A DNA stretch of 64,000 nucleotides. Origin: the human T2T-CHM13v2.0 reference genome, Homo sapiens. Each line of letters starts with the position of its first letter. Position 1 is the first letter of the stretch. Positions 40,027-55,575 of the stretch are shown piece after piece. A program made the translations under genes and the position numbers. Under the pieces are notes generated by a model that saw only the letters and a list, made by a program, of their open reading frames with translations, ran no database searches and was not told the origin of the DNA. The DNA is taken from assembly GCF_009914755.1 (NCBI RefSeq), contig NC_060930.1; one strand, given 5' to 3'.

Positions 40027-40349
40027 TTTTTTTTTTTTTTTTTTTTTTTCGGGACAGAGTCTCGCTCTGTCGCCCAGGCTGGAGTGCAGTGGGCTGGAGT
40101 GCAGTCACGCAATCTCGGCTCACCGCAAGCTCGGCCTTCTGGGTTCACACCATTCTCCTGCCTCAGCCTCCCAAGTAGCTGGGACTACAGGTACCCGCCA
40201 CCACGCCCAGCTAATTTTTTGTATTTTTTTAAGTAGAGACGGGGTTTCAGCATGTTGGCCAGGATGGTCTCAATCTCCTGACCTCGTGATCCACCCGCCT
40301 CAGCCTCCCAAAGTGCTGGTATTACAGGTGTGAGCCACCACGCCTGGCC
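40027..40349 (-). mobile_element. Alu (AluY/Sc-like) with internal 15-bp tandem duplication
   Basis: 18-bp TSD gctagtacca(c/t)aattctt at 40009-40026 and 40350-40367; long pure T tail. Confidence 0.95.
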
Positions 40350-41352
40350 GCTAGTACCATAATTCTTGTGAACACTGACTGGCACTCTGACCATCATTTT
40401 TCCCAATTTATTTAGTTTAAATAAATCACGTGTTTTGCCAATTGTAGTTGGTTATCTGTGTGCTTTTCTTTCTTCTTAGCTTCTGCCTGTACCTTCCAAT
40501 ATTTCTTCTCTGAAGTAAATTAAAGAAGAACCCTCACAATATCTTCTATAATGCTGTAAAAAATAGCATTTTAACGTGGCCTTTATATACTCACTCGTTT
40601 CTTAGAAAACAAGTTGGCTTATTTCAGTTTGAAACATAAGTAATTGATCCTTACCAAACAGGATTAAAAATAGTAGCAACTGTAATAGAAATTTTGATAT
40701 TGACCACATAACAATCTTATCTTACTTTACAGATTAGTCTAAGATGCTAGGAGTTGCAAAGAGACTTAACAGGCTTGAATGGATATAATCTGTACAGATT
40801 CTGATCTTTATCTAAAAAAACTGATATTCACCCTTTGATGCAAAAAAGAGAGAGAGAGATAGGTTTGCAGAGTGGGGGAAAGATGAAGAGAGAGAGAGAG
40901 AAACGACCTCAGATTTGGGCTTGTGTAAGAGTTTTGTGGAATTCAGTGACTGAAGGGCCCTGGACCAGTTCTTTGAATGAGAGTACTGGGGAGAAAAGGG
41001 GGCTTTGAGAAGTGATTACATGAATAATGAAATGAATTTTCTGTAATGTTCCTTAAGACACAATTAAGTGATTGCATTTATTTTTATTTGTGCAATGGAC
41101 TGTGCTTTAATAAGTGCAAATCTCTGCAGAGCCTTGGTTGCTTGGGCCTCAGGATTTATAAAAGCTATGTGTTTTTTATTTGTTCTTAAAATGACATTTT
41201 CTTGATTTTAGTTATTTTCAGAATGTTGAGAGTGGGAATGAAAGGCAACTTTAGAATCAGAATTTGACAGTAGTAGGAAAAAAGTGATAATTATACTGAC
41301 ATGGTCAAATTCACAAAATGTTCTTAACCTTGTGGTACTTAATTTTGCATAT

Positions 41353-41870
41353 TGACCAAAAAAGGCCTTAACATTCTTCTCAGCTTAACGTTAGATAGGT
41401 TGTTTAAGTTCCTCACCTTCCTTTTCTTAGAGCAATTAACATAGAGAACTTTTAACTTTCTAGCCTTTGACATGTAAATCTTTTAAAAACTCTTATAAGC
41501 TTTACAACCTAGGACTAAGTTTCTCCAGGATCCGGGAGCCACCCTTTTGAAATATAATCACCATAGAGATAATGCCCTGATCTCCCCGTCTCTAAGGGAA
41601 AGTAGGAGCCTAACTTTGGTGGGCACCTTACTCCAAGTTGTAAAACTCCCTCCTGTCATGAAGAAAGTCTATTTTTCCTTAGGGTAAAGCCAATTAACAA
41701 ACACAGATGACTCGTGGATCCTTCTCGCCCTCATTTTTAAAAGATCGTCCACGCTTTGTCTTAGAGGAGTTCAGCTCAGACTGAGTTATGGCCTCTCCCC
41801 TATTTCAACAGCCTTGAACGAAGTCTACATTGCCTGATTAACTTTGTCCAGTGCATTTTTTACTTTAACA
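41353..41870 (+). mobile_element. ERV1 solo LTR, MER67-like
   Basis: TG...CA ends with 4-bp TSD atat at 41349-41352 and 41871-41874; gtaggagcctaactttggtgggcacctt motif. Confidence 0.7.
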
Positions 41871-41885
41871 ATATGAAGTGGCCCA

Positions 41886-41888
41886 AAA

Positions 41889-41927
<39 letters not shown>

Positions 41928-41929
41928 AT
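41886..41929 (+). repeat. (AAAT)n microsatellite, about 11 units
   Basis: Direct reading. Confidence 0.95.
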
Positions 41930-42657
41930 GAAAAAAAACGTTAATAGCACTAGAAAAACTACAGGCAGAACCGTGTTACGTTTGACCTTTGCTTTATTAT
42001 TATTGCATTCGCACAGCTTCAGTTGTTTACACTTCAAAACATAGAGTATGAGACATTTTGCATTTCTGTATTTCACTACACCACAGTCAGGATCTTTTGT
42101 GTCCCCAGCTTCCAGGAAGCAGGAAAATGCAATCTTGCTTGTTTTAGGAACTACCCTTCGTCTGCTAACAAGGGCTTATTTAAGAATCTTGGTTGTCCTA
42201 GTGCCAAAAAATGGCCAAAGACATAAATACATTTCATGGAGAATGCTGTACTTTTGTTCCCAGGCTCTACATTGCTCAGGAACTCAGGTTTATACTATTT
42301 TTTTCCTCAGGAGTTACTCCTTCAGGTATATTAAGGATAGTAACTCACAGTAGACCCTCTCCTTCACCAGCAGCCTCCCTCCCCCACCCTCCAATTCTAA
42401 ATGATAAGTAAAAGTGGAGTCCTAGACTCTGCTGCTGGAACCCATTTCTTCTCCCAATATTGGAAAGACCTCAAATTCATTCCCAGACCTACTATTTCCT
42501 CCTCCCACAGGAAGAAAGTACTTTATTTTGCATTCATTCCCTCAAGGCTAGAAAAACTTCCTCAAATTTATTCTACTTTCAAGTTCTAAAACACTGAAGA
42601 AATGTATCTACTTTTTTACCTGGAGGAGGGTTAAGGAAGATAAAGCGTCAGACCATC

Positions 42658-43017
42658 TGCCATGGTCTGAATGTTTGTGTCTCCCCAAAATTCATACATT
42701 GAAACCCAGTCCCCAGTGTGATGGTATTAGAAGGTGGAGCCTTTGGGAGAGGATTAGGTCAGGAAGATGGAGCCCTCATGAATGAAACAGTACCCTTATA
42801 AAAGAGACCCCAGAGAGATAGCTGGCATGTTCTACCATGTGGGGACACAGCAAGGAGCCATTTAAGAACCAGAGAGAGAGCCCTCACCAGACCCTGAGTC
42901 TGTTGGCACCTTGAGCTTGGACTTCCCAGACTCCAGAACTGTGAGCAACAAATTTCTGTTGTTTATAAGCCGCCCATGTATTATATTTTTGTTGTAGCCG
43001 ACCAAAAGAGCTAAGAA
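42658..43017 (+). mobile_element. MLT1A0-like solo LTR
   Basis: tgccatggtctgaatgtttgtgtctcccc...gagctaagaa; perfect 5-bp TSD ccatc at 42653-42657 and 43018-43022. Confidence 0.9.
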
Positions 43018-46000
43018 CCATCTTTTTGAGACAGTATGTTGGTGTGTCATTTCAGGGATGAGGAAGGAGCTTCAACCTGGTTATATTTTGTTTTTAAGAC
43101 ACTCTAAACTGATGATACAATTTAATGATGAAAATAACAGCAAATACACATCTGACAGTTCTGTTGCAAACATTATCCTAAGGCTTCTCAGTTGTGTATT
43201 ATAATAGAATTTAAAAAAAAACCAAACATAGTTTTAGAAGAGGGAGACACTCAGTGCATAAGAATATGGCTACTAATATATTCCTGCTCAGTGTTTGAAA
43301 AGTATTCATTTCCCCTGATATGCACATGATTTTCTACATGTCCAAAAACAACATTATTATTAAGTATGTTGATAGAAAAAAAACAATAATTTATGATCAC
43401 CTCACTGTAATTGCATACAAAAATTAATATGTGGAAACCCACCAAGAAGAAGTTATGTATCTTCAAAGCGCAATTATTTTATTGAATTCTTAGAAGAAAT
43501 TAAAATGAATATGGCATTTTATTACTGAATTATTCTGGTTTTAGATCATACCTAGATACCTTTAAAGGAAAGTCATTTCGTAGCTGTGTCTTCCAGAGGC
43601 TTTTCAAATATATATTTAGCTTGTGAGATTTTTCTTTTGAATAACCTTTCCCTTTTAACTGATGCCCTAGTCTCTGATTACCCACTCCCTGGCCTCTGCC
43701 CTTTTCTCAAATCATCTTACTCAGCGGTAATGAAACAGCAGCCACAGAACAGCAGTGTTGCAAGACTCAAATGCATTAGCCTATCACGGAAAAACACAAG
43801 ACCTTTGTTTAGATACAAGTACGTACAATCTGAGTTCTCTTTTTTCCCCCGTCATGAACTCTATATATCTTGATGACTTTGAAAACTAAACTTTCTTCCT
43901 CTTTTCTTAGACTAGGATTCTAATTTAGGTATAATGGGATTTGAACCTCCCTCAAGCCTTTTAAAGTATTCAAGGGAGGCATAAAAGAAATAGCAGAGAG
44001 ACATTCACTTTTTATTACTCTCTATGATGGGGATATTGTATTGCTCACATACTAATGTAAATTCCTCTAAAATATATAATTTCAACCCTTTTATTCTCTC
44101 ACTATTCCCTTTCCACTATCAATTTGGATTTCTGAGACCTTACGCAACTAAACTAAATCGTTTCCTGAAGCTTATGTGCCTTGGTCTTTTGAGTACAGTA
44201 ACTGCACAATCGACAGAAGTTACAACTAATAAATTTCTCTTTGTGACTCTTCCTGACAACCAGAAAAAAACAGTAATTTAACTTTTCTGGTTAAACTTGA
44301 ACCAAGGCCTAAAAAGTAGATAAGTGACTCAAACTATTTATCTTACTACTCCTACCCTATAACCCTCACAGGGAAATGAAATATTGCCAGCATTCTAAAA
44401 CTTGTTGAAAGGGAAGCATTCATATTTAGGAAAAAGTTACAGATAGAGATCATTAAAATTTAGAAACATTCCTTTTCAACTTCCGCATAACTTCTATCTT
44501 TATAGTTAGTCTTGCTCTGCTTAAAGCTATACTGAGGAATGTATTTTAAATTTAGAACCAATTTTACCCTTTCTTTTATAATTCAAAAAGTTGGAATATT
44601 TGTTTTAATAATTTCTGTAAAAACAAAATGCCATAGAATTTCATATTCAGGATATTAGTATATACCTCACTATCTTGATAGACTCTTTTAGAATCTTCTC
44701 ACTCCTCACATAGAGAAACAGTGCATAGACATCCAGGACACAGAAGCGACTGTAACAATTATTTTGATAAGACATATATGAGATGGAAGATGAACATTAT
44801 TTATGTTGACCATAGGGACAGCACAGTATAATTGAGTTATGATAACACTAACTCCTTCATCATGTGAACAGATGCTAAGAAGCAACATGTTCAATTACTA
44901 TTTGAATACATTATCTCATTCTTTGCCCTTAATAAAATATCCTAGTGCCACAATTTCAAAATGAGTTGAAACTTTGATGTACTGCTGCCAACAGCCACAG
45001 AACTTTTAAAAGTCACTGTCTAGTTATTTTGCCTCTAACAAGGAAACACATTTGCTGAGAATTAGAATGAATTAATATTATACTTATCCAGACTATTCAT
45101 GATAAAGCTGTCTCTTCAGGATCTTTATAAATGATCAACCTCTCCTGGATGTGATATTTTCTGCTAAATTCAGAAATAATCAGAAGAGACAATCTTTATC
45201 TCATTGATATCAATGCTGGTTTTAATGCCTACTACAGTACCTACAGACAACTAAACCACATTCTTACAATGTTTTAATGATGCCTACTATGGTACCTAAA
45301 AACAATCAACATTAGGAAAAAGTAACAGTTAAATAAATAGAAACCTGTACTTTGCACTATTAGAAAAATTTATGTTTTAAATAAAATCAGCATGTAAATT
45401 AAATAATGAATGCAATATGTGTTCTAAACCATGCTACAATTTAAAGATTTAAACAAATGTGTTGAGATGTAACTAATAGAAATACAATGAAGCAGTTCAC
45501 ATACTTGAAAAACCAAAAAACTTAATAAAAAATATATATGCAGATGACATTTCTTGACTAGTGATACAGAGAAATGTCCTATAAAAGTTGCATAGAGGCC
45601 TATGAACTTCAATAAATATTTAAAATCTATTCTTTACTGAGAATAGATCTTATCATAAATTTATCCATCTCTTTTATTGGCAGAGGAGAGAAGCAGTACA
45701 AATATCCTTGGAATGCTTTACCTTTTTAGCAGAGGGCAGCTGATACATCATGTAGAGAATTGTTCAATAGGTGCTCTGAGAAGACAAAATGTCCCTATTT
45801 CTTTGAGACTTTATTCACTAATATTTCAATTTGGCAAAGTGTGTCCATTTTTTTTTCTTATGTGATGGGAAGGGATTTAAGAACTTTATAAGTCAGGATC
45901 TCTATTTATACAGGAAAAGTACAATTACTGTCAGTAAAATGAAAGTCTTCTATATTCAGCTGGCAACCCTAAGAGGCAGTTCAGAGAGTTTCTTAAAGCA

Positions 46001-46206
46001 GAGAAAGGTTTAAAATTATGAAGTGATGGATATACTTTATCCAAATTCCTGCTGTCATATTTACTATTATCTTTAATATACCAACACACTGTTAATTGCC
46101 TAAGGAATAGAAAGTCCTTGGCTTATCTTGCTTTCTTGCCTGCATAGAAACCTCTTAAAACTATACTTTTCTTTTATCTGTTATGCCTCTAACATTTCTG
46201 TCATTA

Positions 46207-46207
<1 letters not shown>

Positions 46208-46237
<30 letters not shown>

Positions 46238-46299
46238 TATATACATACACACACACACACACATATATATACACACACATACATATACTTACACATACA
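46208..46299 (+). repeat. Compound (CA)n/(TA)n microsatellite
   Basis: Direct reading. Confidence 0.95.
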
Positions 46300-46839
46300 T
46301 TTCTACGTTTGGGGCTTTGTTATACTCCAATTGCTTGGAGAAAAAAAAATCAAAGTTTTAACGCTTGAAAACTTTTGCCAAACTTTCTTTTTCCATATGC
46401 TCTACCATTAGGGATTTCTTTATTTTCAGGGACTCAAAAGTTTATGACACTCCAGCCCTGACCTGACATCATGCTGAAATTGTCAATAACCCACTTTTAT
46501 TTCTACTGTTGCCCAAATCAACATGTCCAACATAAAATTTGTTTTGCCATCCCCCCAAATTCTAATACAAGTTTTAATTAATGGCTGTACCACATTTTAG
46601 TAATGCTAAGCTTTAAGCATTTTTGGCTCATTTTTTCTATCTTAAATTTTAGTCAGATTCCAAGTCATGTATAGTATATATTCAAAATGTCTTAGGCTTT
46701 TGCTCCCCACCTTACACTCCTACACTCGGTATCTTCTATCATGTACCATCTGTTCACTATAATGTTTCCTAAGTATTTTACAGCTGTCTTCCCTGACTTC
46801 AGTTCTTAATAAATGCAATAGCAAAATAAATCTTCCTAA

Positions 46840-47210
<371 letters not shown>

Positions 47211-47214
47211 TGTG

Positions 47215-47773
47215 ATTGGAAACTTTTCTAGGGTACCATCACATATGGAATTAATTACAGCTTTCTCTACCTATCCTGTAAGTACTTTACCTGCACTATG
47301 GTCTCTTAGAAAGTTGCTTAACTACTTAATCCCTTAGTTACTATTTGTAAAAGGGAATAATAATATGAAACTTTTAGACATGTTGAGAAGATTAAATGGC
47401 TCTCTCTCTCTCCCTCTTTATATATATCTAGATATATCTATCGATATATCTATTGATCGATAGATCTATATATGGACAGATTCTATATATCTAGATATAT
47501 ATCGATAGATATATATAGATATACATATCTATATATATGGATAGATCTATATATAGATAGATAGAGAGAGAGAGGGAGAGAGAGAGAGCCATTTAATCTT
47601 CTCAACATGTCTAAGACTTTCATATTATTATTCCCTTTTACAAATAGTAACTAAGGGATTAAGTAGTTAAGTAACTTTCTAAGAGACCATAGTGCAGGTA
47701 AGGTACTTACAGGATAGGTAGAGAAAGCTGTAATTAATTCCATATGCAGTGGTACCCTAGAAAAGTTTCCAAT
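47215..47773. repeat. Large inverted repeat: 203-bp arms (47215-47417 and 47571-47773) around a 153-bp TA/GA spacer; arms include a MIR core
   Basis: Arms are reverse complements with about 7 mismatches by manual alignment. Confidence 0.95.
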
Positions 47774-47880
47774 ATATCTATATCTATATCCAATATATCT
47801 ATATATATATATCTATATATCTATATATATATAGAGAGAGAGAGAGGGAGAGAAAGAGGGAGAGAGAGCAAGAAGAGAGG
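47774..47880 (+). repeat. (TA)n(GA)n compound microsatellite
   Basis: Direct reading. Confidence 0.9.
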
Positions 47881-48094
47881 AGCATTATAGGTACTCAAAA
47901 ATTGACACTTTATTATCTACGTTTCTGGCCTCACTTTTTAAAATAACTTATTCTTTTGATTTGTTTATAATTGTTATTACAAATAATTTTCAACATACAT
48001 AAAAATTTTAAAAATAGTGCAATACATACCAGTAAACCTACAACCAAAATTAAATAACTGTTAACATTTTGCCATACATTTTGTATATATATGT

Positions 48095-48455
48095 TGTCTT
48101 AGTCTGTTTGGGCTGCTATAGCAAAACACCATAGACTGGTAGCTTATGAATAATAGAAATTCTTTTATTACAGATCTGGAGACAGGGAAGTCTAAGATCA
48201 AGGCGTCAGCAGACTCAGTGTCTGGTGAGGGCCCGCTTCTTCATAGATGGCCTTCTTTTCACTGTAACCTCTCATGATGACAGGAGCTCTCTCTGGTCTT
48301 TCATAGCACGAATTCCTTTCATGAAGGCTCTGCTCTCAAGACCTAATCATCTCCGAAAGGTCCCACCTCTTAATACCGTCACCTTGGGAGTTAGGATTTC
48401 AACATATGAATCAACGTATGAATTTTGAGTGGGCACATAAACATTCCATCCACTT
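48095..48455 (-). mobile_element. MLT1A-like LTR
   Basis: tgtcttagtctgtttgggctgctatagcaaaacaccatagactgg...ggatttcaacatatgaat. Confidence 0.85.
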
Positions 48456-49615
48456 TATATGTTAAAGTGCAAATGCATGCTTTTTGAACTGTTTCAAAAC
48501 AAGCGGAAGACACTTTAATAAAGCAGATGATACTTTATCCTTAAATACTCTAACATTCATCTGTTATTAATAATCAGAATATTCTCCATGCTGCCTAGGC
48601 CATTATCACATCTAACAATATTAATCATAAATATTGAGTATTAGCTATTATCTAAGTCTTATCACAATCTCCCCAACTGTTCCTTTAATGCATTTCATAA
48701 CTGTTTTGCCTTCAGTTTAGTGTTATTTTTTAACCAGGATGCAATTAAGTTTCATATGGTTGTTAGAAATGTTCTCTCTCTCTCTTAATTTAAAGGAGCT
48801 CTACTGGTTTTTTAAAAAAACGCAATGCTACTTTATTAAATATCTGAAATTATGGATTTTACCATTTGCTAACTCAGTTTTTCTAAACTCCATATTTCTG
48901 CCAAATTGGAAATTAGATCTAAGACCAAATTAAATCATGTTAGCCACTTTCGGTAAGCATCTTTCATGAGCTTTTCATAAAATATTACATCAAGACAAAT
49001 ATATCATGGTGTCTTAAAGGTAGTAATGCTAAATTTGACTGATGATTTAAGATGACCTCCATATCACTTTATTTTATAGTTTGGTAATTTTCTTTGCAAT
49101 TAGAAAATATGCAGTGAATGATACTTTTACTATGTTGGTTTATGAAATAAAACATTTCTTCTAAAAGTTTCAGTATCCACTGAGGGTTCTGTAAAAATCA
49201 ACTATTTAGTTATAAATTTAAAAAAAATGTCTAATTCTGTCATTTTCATACATAACAAAATGGGGTTTCTTTTTTCACCTCATCAAATCAATATGAACTA
49301 CAATTTGTCTTAAAAAGAGAAGGTAAAAAATTATCTCCCTTTAATTACTAATGCTAAGAACAAGGAGTTGATATATACCTACTAGGTATACACAAAATTT
49401 AAAAGTAAAAAAAAAAATGACTATAAAGGAATAAGCAGTTGAAGTAATAGTAATTTTCAAAGATAGTAAAACTTTTTCCTCTTTTTATTTTAGTAACACT
49501 AAGAAATCAGGATTTTTCCCCCTTGCTGTTTTATATTTACTTATGCCCATTATTCTTTCTCATGCTCACATTATGTCATATTTGGCCACTGAGTCCATTC
49601 AGGCTGGCTCCTGTG

Positions 49616-49752
49616 TCCTTTTGTCACATCTCTACTAGCTTTTGAGTATCAAAAAGAGTCTGGCTTACATGTACTACTTTTTGTCCTCAAAATATATTGT
49701 ACTTACTTACTATTTTTGATACTCAAAAGCTAGTAGAGATGTGACAAAAGGA
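49616..49752. repeat. Perfect 40-bp inverted repeat (49616-49655 and 49713-49752), 57-bp spacer
   Basis: tccttttgtcacatctctactagcttttgagtatcaaaaa and its exact reverse complement. Confidence 0.95.
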
Positions 49753-49762
49753 TACTGTGTTA

Positions 49763-50161
<399 letters not shown>

Positions 50162-50186
50162 TCACAATTCAAACATATCATTTTGA

Positions 50187-50492
<306 letters not shown>

Positions 50493-53093
50493 TTAAAATG
50501 TGTTCAATATGTTATACACTTACATAATTTAAAGTTTATATATTCATAATCTATAAAAAGCTGTACTATAAAAAGTTACACTTTCATTTCTATCCTCTTC
50601 TCTGCAGTCTCTACCCCAACTTCACATCTTGTAGAGATTTCCCTCTTTAATTAGTTTCTGGTTTATCGTTCTGATGGTTCTTTTTTTTATGGATGTATGA
50701 GTGTATTGTTGGGTATGTTTGTAAGTGTGTATGTGCATATGTGTGTGTTGCCCTTCCTTCCTTAGAAAAAAGGCTGCATAGCTTTTCTCGGGCACTTTAT
50801 CTTTTTGGATATATATAGCCTAAGGATTATTCAAGTACTCCATAATCTTCCTTGTGCTTTTTACACCTCCTTATTACACCTTTATGTAGCTTTATTTTTT
50901 TCCCACCAAGTCAACTATTGGTAGTCATTTGGATTGTTTCCAATCTCTTACCATTATATATAATACTGCTGGGAAAAGTCTAATGCATACATTGATTCTA
51001 TCTGTAGAACCGCATTTTCAGTATAGAGTCCTGGAAGTGGAACTATGAGTCAGTGGTTATTTAATGTGATCATGTTAAAAACATGACCAAATTTCCCTTG
51101 ATATGATTAAATAAGTCTCCACACCCAACTGCAGTGTGTGGGAGGGCATTTACAGCTTTGACAACTGAGTGTGTTGTCATCATTTTGGTTATTTGCTGGA
51201 GATATAACTTTAAAAATATATTTTAATACCATTTTAATTATTTTTTCTTTATTATGAGTGAGATAAGCGTATTTTCACATGCTACACACATTTACTTTCT
51301 TTTTCTGAACATTTTATGCATGTATTGTAACCTTTTTATTCTACCAGAACTCTTTTTATATCCTAGAGATTAGCTCTTTGTCTTAAGTTACTTTCTCCCC
51401 TTATATAACTTCTAACTTTACTCTTATCTCTTCTACAACAGGTATCCTACTGTCCAGGCCAAATTTTTACATAGGGAAAATAAATTAGGTTCCACATGTG
51501 TCAAAATAAAATAATTCTTTTTTTGCATTAAAATAAAGGAATTATTTTTTAAACCTAGATGATGGAAAAAAAAACCTATTCAATAAATAAAACAGATAGT
51601 CCCTTAAACATAAAATAAAGAGGGTTTGGGAAAGACTATTTGTATGCCAAAAGTGAGTGATGAAGAAAGGAAAAGCTTAAGAAAGCAATGGGAACAGACT
51701 GCCTTAGTAGTAAAGTGGAGAGGGGTCCACCTCCAGAGTGCCAGCATGAGCTTCCCTGTTGATGCCATCCCCAGTGAAACGACCATAACTGGTAAAAACT
51801 ATAACAAAATGATCATTTTATGTTCTACAGGCAGGAATACAACAAATAAGGAAACTTTTGTTTAAGAAAATGTACTAATTCAAATGAGTGCTGAGAGTCT
51901 GTGACACTTGAACCACAACCCATTAACCACAACTTCCAGCTGACTGTGTTGGAATCTCTACTTTCAGTGAATATGGCTGAGAAGATGAAGCTAACTCTCT
52001 TCTCAACTCCCAATCAACAGATATTGTATCTCACTGGAAATGGAAAGGCCACCAGCATTTATCTGCTTAAACGTTGAGTTGCAGAGGTTAAGATCCTGGT
52101 TAGTGTGACTAAGAGTTTACGGCTTCCTTTTCTACACCCAACCCCAACTCATAGGGCAGAATTATTTACCTTAGTTTCAGCAGGCCAAGAATATGTGGAG
52201 ACCGATTACCTTAGCCCTAGTTTGCTTGTACTGTGGGGGTTTCACATGCAGAGAAGTTCAGAGGCTCTCACCTTCACGCAGGGCCTGGAGGAGTGACTCA
52301 GAGATTTTGCCCCGGGGAAAACACAGTCCATAAAACAGAGTTCCCAAACCCTCTCCAAGAAACTAATTTTTATTTAAAACGTAATGTGAGGTAGTGCAAA
52401 ACCAAAGGCAATCTTGATGACAAAGAAAATTTTGGGGGTAAGTATTTAAGAGGAGGCTGGTATATATAGCAGAGCAACAAACTAATCCTTAGGCCAATTA
52501 GCTTACTGGAGAGAAATGGGGAAAAAAGCAGCTAAGAAGAGCCTGGGACAGGAGGAAAGTGTTAAAACATATCTCAAATACTAGCCTCACAAATGACTAC
52601 TTTGGCTATTGGCACAGTAGTTTATCTCAGAATTACTGTCTTTAAAAATCTGGAGAAAATATAAAAACATAACTGAAGGCACCAGAACATGACCAAAGAC
52701 AGGAAGAAACTGAAGAAGATTCAACCCTTGAAAGAAGAGAATTGCACCTAGTGAGTAGAATTTTTTATTGTATGACTATTGCTTGAGGGTAATTTCTGGT
52801 CCCCCGTGCCCTTTTGTGTTTGGGTTGCTAGAGATCAAGTACAAAGTTGCAATTTCACTGGCTTAATAGAGTGTGACAATAACTGAAAGAATAACTAAAA
52901 GATGAGGGGGGAAAATACTAGGGCAAATACTAGAAAGGAAACAGCTGTTTGATGTAGCTCAAAATGCTACAATTTAGGTAGTTAGGCAGTTAGACAGGCA
53001 TGAGTGGGGCTGGCGAGGGCTCTTCCCTCGTCCACTAGGAATGTCAGGTGATGGTTCCGCAATGATCACCTGGCCTCGCTAAAAGTGATTCAC

Positions 53094-53950
<857 letters not shown>

Positions 53951-55228
53951 TTAATTGGATGCAGGCACCAGGGAGATGTAACTTCCTGGGCATGTTCATT
54001 AAGAGACAAAATGGCAGAGTATGACCTTCCAGGGGCAGTTCATCAGAAAAGTGAAGAAAGCCTCACATGGACATGCCTACAACTTCCTAAACACACTGTG
54101 CGCCCTCACCTTCCAAGGGTAAGGAGTACTTTGCATGCAGGCAGCCCACCCTAAGGGAGTAGTATTGAGAAAGAAGACAGTCTGTGAAGTCTTAGGATCA
54201 AGGTTGAACATCGCACTTGGCCTTCACATACCCACTTGGATTTCTTCCAAACGTACCTTCCTTTTTTTCCTGTTCTAAAGAACCTTTTTAAATAAACTTC
54301 CGCTCCTGCTCTGAAACTTGCCTGGGTCTCTGTTTCTGCCTTATGCTGCTCAGTTGACTTATTTCTTCTGAGAAGGCAAGAATTGAGGTTGCTTCCTGAC
54401 CCATATGGATTCACAGCCAGTAACTCGGATACCTAACACCCCTAAGAAAAATCTTTACCCAGCTCCTTAACTAATACAGAAATAGTTCATGTATAGGAGA
54501 GAGCATGAGGATATAGAAGGAAGCAGTAGCTGCAAGGCTGAGAGAGCCCAGCAGAGACTTTAGCTGCTGTACACTCTAGGGAAGGCAGAGTTTAGAGTAG
54601 TAATCCTTCCATGTCATCTGTCTGCTAAAGGCAGAATCAACATTCTTTATAAAAAGAATCCAAAGGCTCAATAGCCTATCATTCACAATCCATTTTTTTA
54701 AACATGGAAAGAAATAAGAAAATGTGATCTACATGTTAATTTTGCACTGAGCTCATAAATGTTTTAGCCATTTCTGATAGCAGAGAAATAATTAAAAGGA
54801 GCCAATATCAATATATTTAAGGAGTTAAAAAAAAGGCTAGGGCCACATGAATTAACAGATGGGGAACATCCATGGATAAATAGAAACTATAACAAAGCAC
54901 CAAATGAACATTTTAAAACTAAAATTTGTATTATCTAAAATGAAAAATTTATTGAATTTGCTTAATATTGGATTAGAGAAGGCAAAAGAAACTATCAGTG
55001 AAATTGAAGTCATATAAACAGTAATTTATAAAGTACTGAAAATACAGGAGAGAACAAGTTTGAAAATAAAATGGAGTCTAGATGTCCTAGGATAGGAGAT
55101 AAAGAATAGGGCAGAAAATTGTACTTAATGGCTGACATTTTCCCAAACATGGTGAAAAGTGCAAATTACACACAAAAAGCTCAGCAAATCCAAAGAATTA
55201 ATACAAAGTCAAAATTGCAACTTAGGCA

Positions 55229-55575
55229 TGTTAGCTCAAGTTGCTCCAGTTTGTACAACCCCACCATTGTGCAGACCGTGGTGAGAGTGGAAAATTCCAC
55301 TAGGGTTGGGACCATGAGAAACATCCTCCTGGACAAGTCCCAGGCCTAACCGCCTGACCACAGGAAATTCCTCCTTATCAGCAGCCAACCTCGCTGCCCA
55401 CCCCATTTCACAGTAAGCCCAGAGCTTCCCCCGCCCTAGTCTGTAAACGAAGGCAGGCTCCTGCACTAGCTGGTGTCCGCCTCCGCAGGTCTTTGTTCAA
55501 TAAACCTGTGTTGCTGTTGAGCTGCCAACTCTCTCACTCTTCCTTTTACCTTCACCTTCGTTTCAGAGCCTTACA
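55229..55575 (+). mobile_element. LTR18-like (HERV-S/ERVL class) solo LTR
   Basis: TG...CA ends, 347 bp, aataaacctgtgttgctg motif, 5-bp TSD aggca/atgca. Confidence 0.65.

Noticed and set aside
39872-40406. 153-aa and other Alu-spanning ORFs (also 1514, 5418, 14431, 46858, 49760, 53580)
   Set aside because: These are generic Alu translations ([14 protein letters not shown]) with no coding support.
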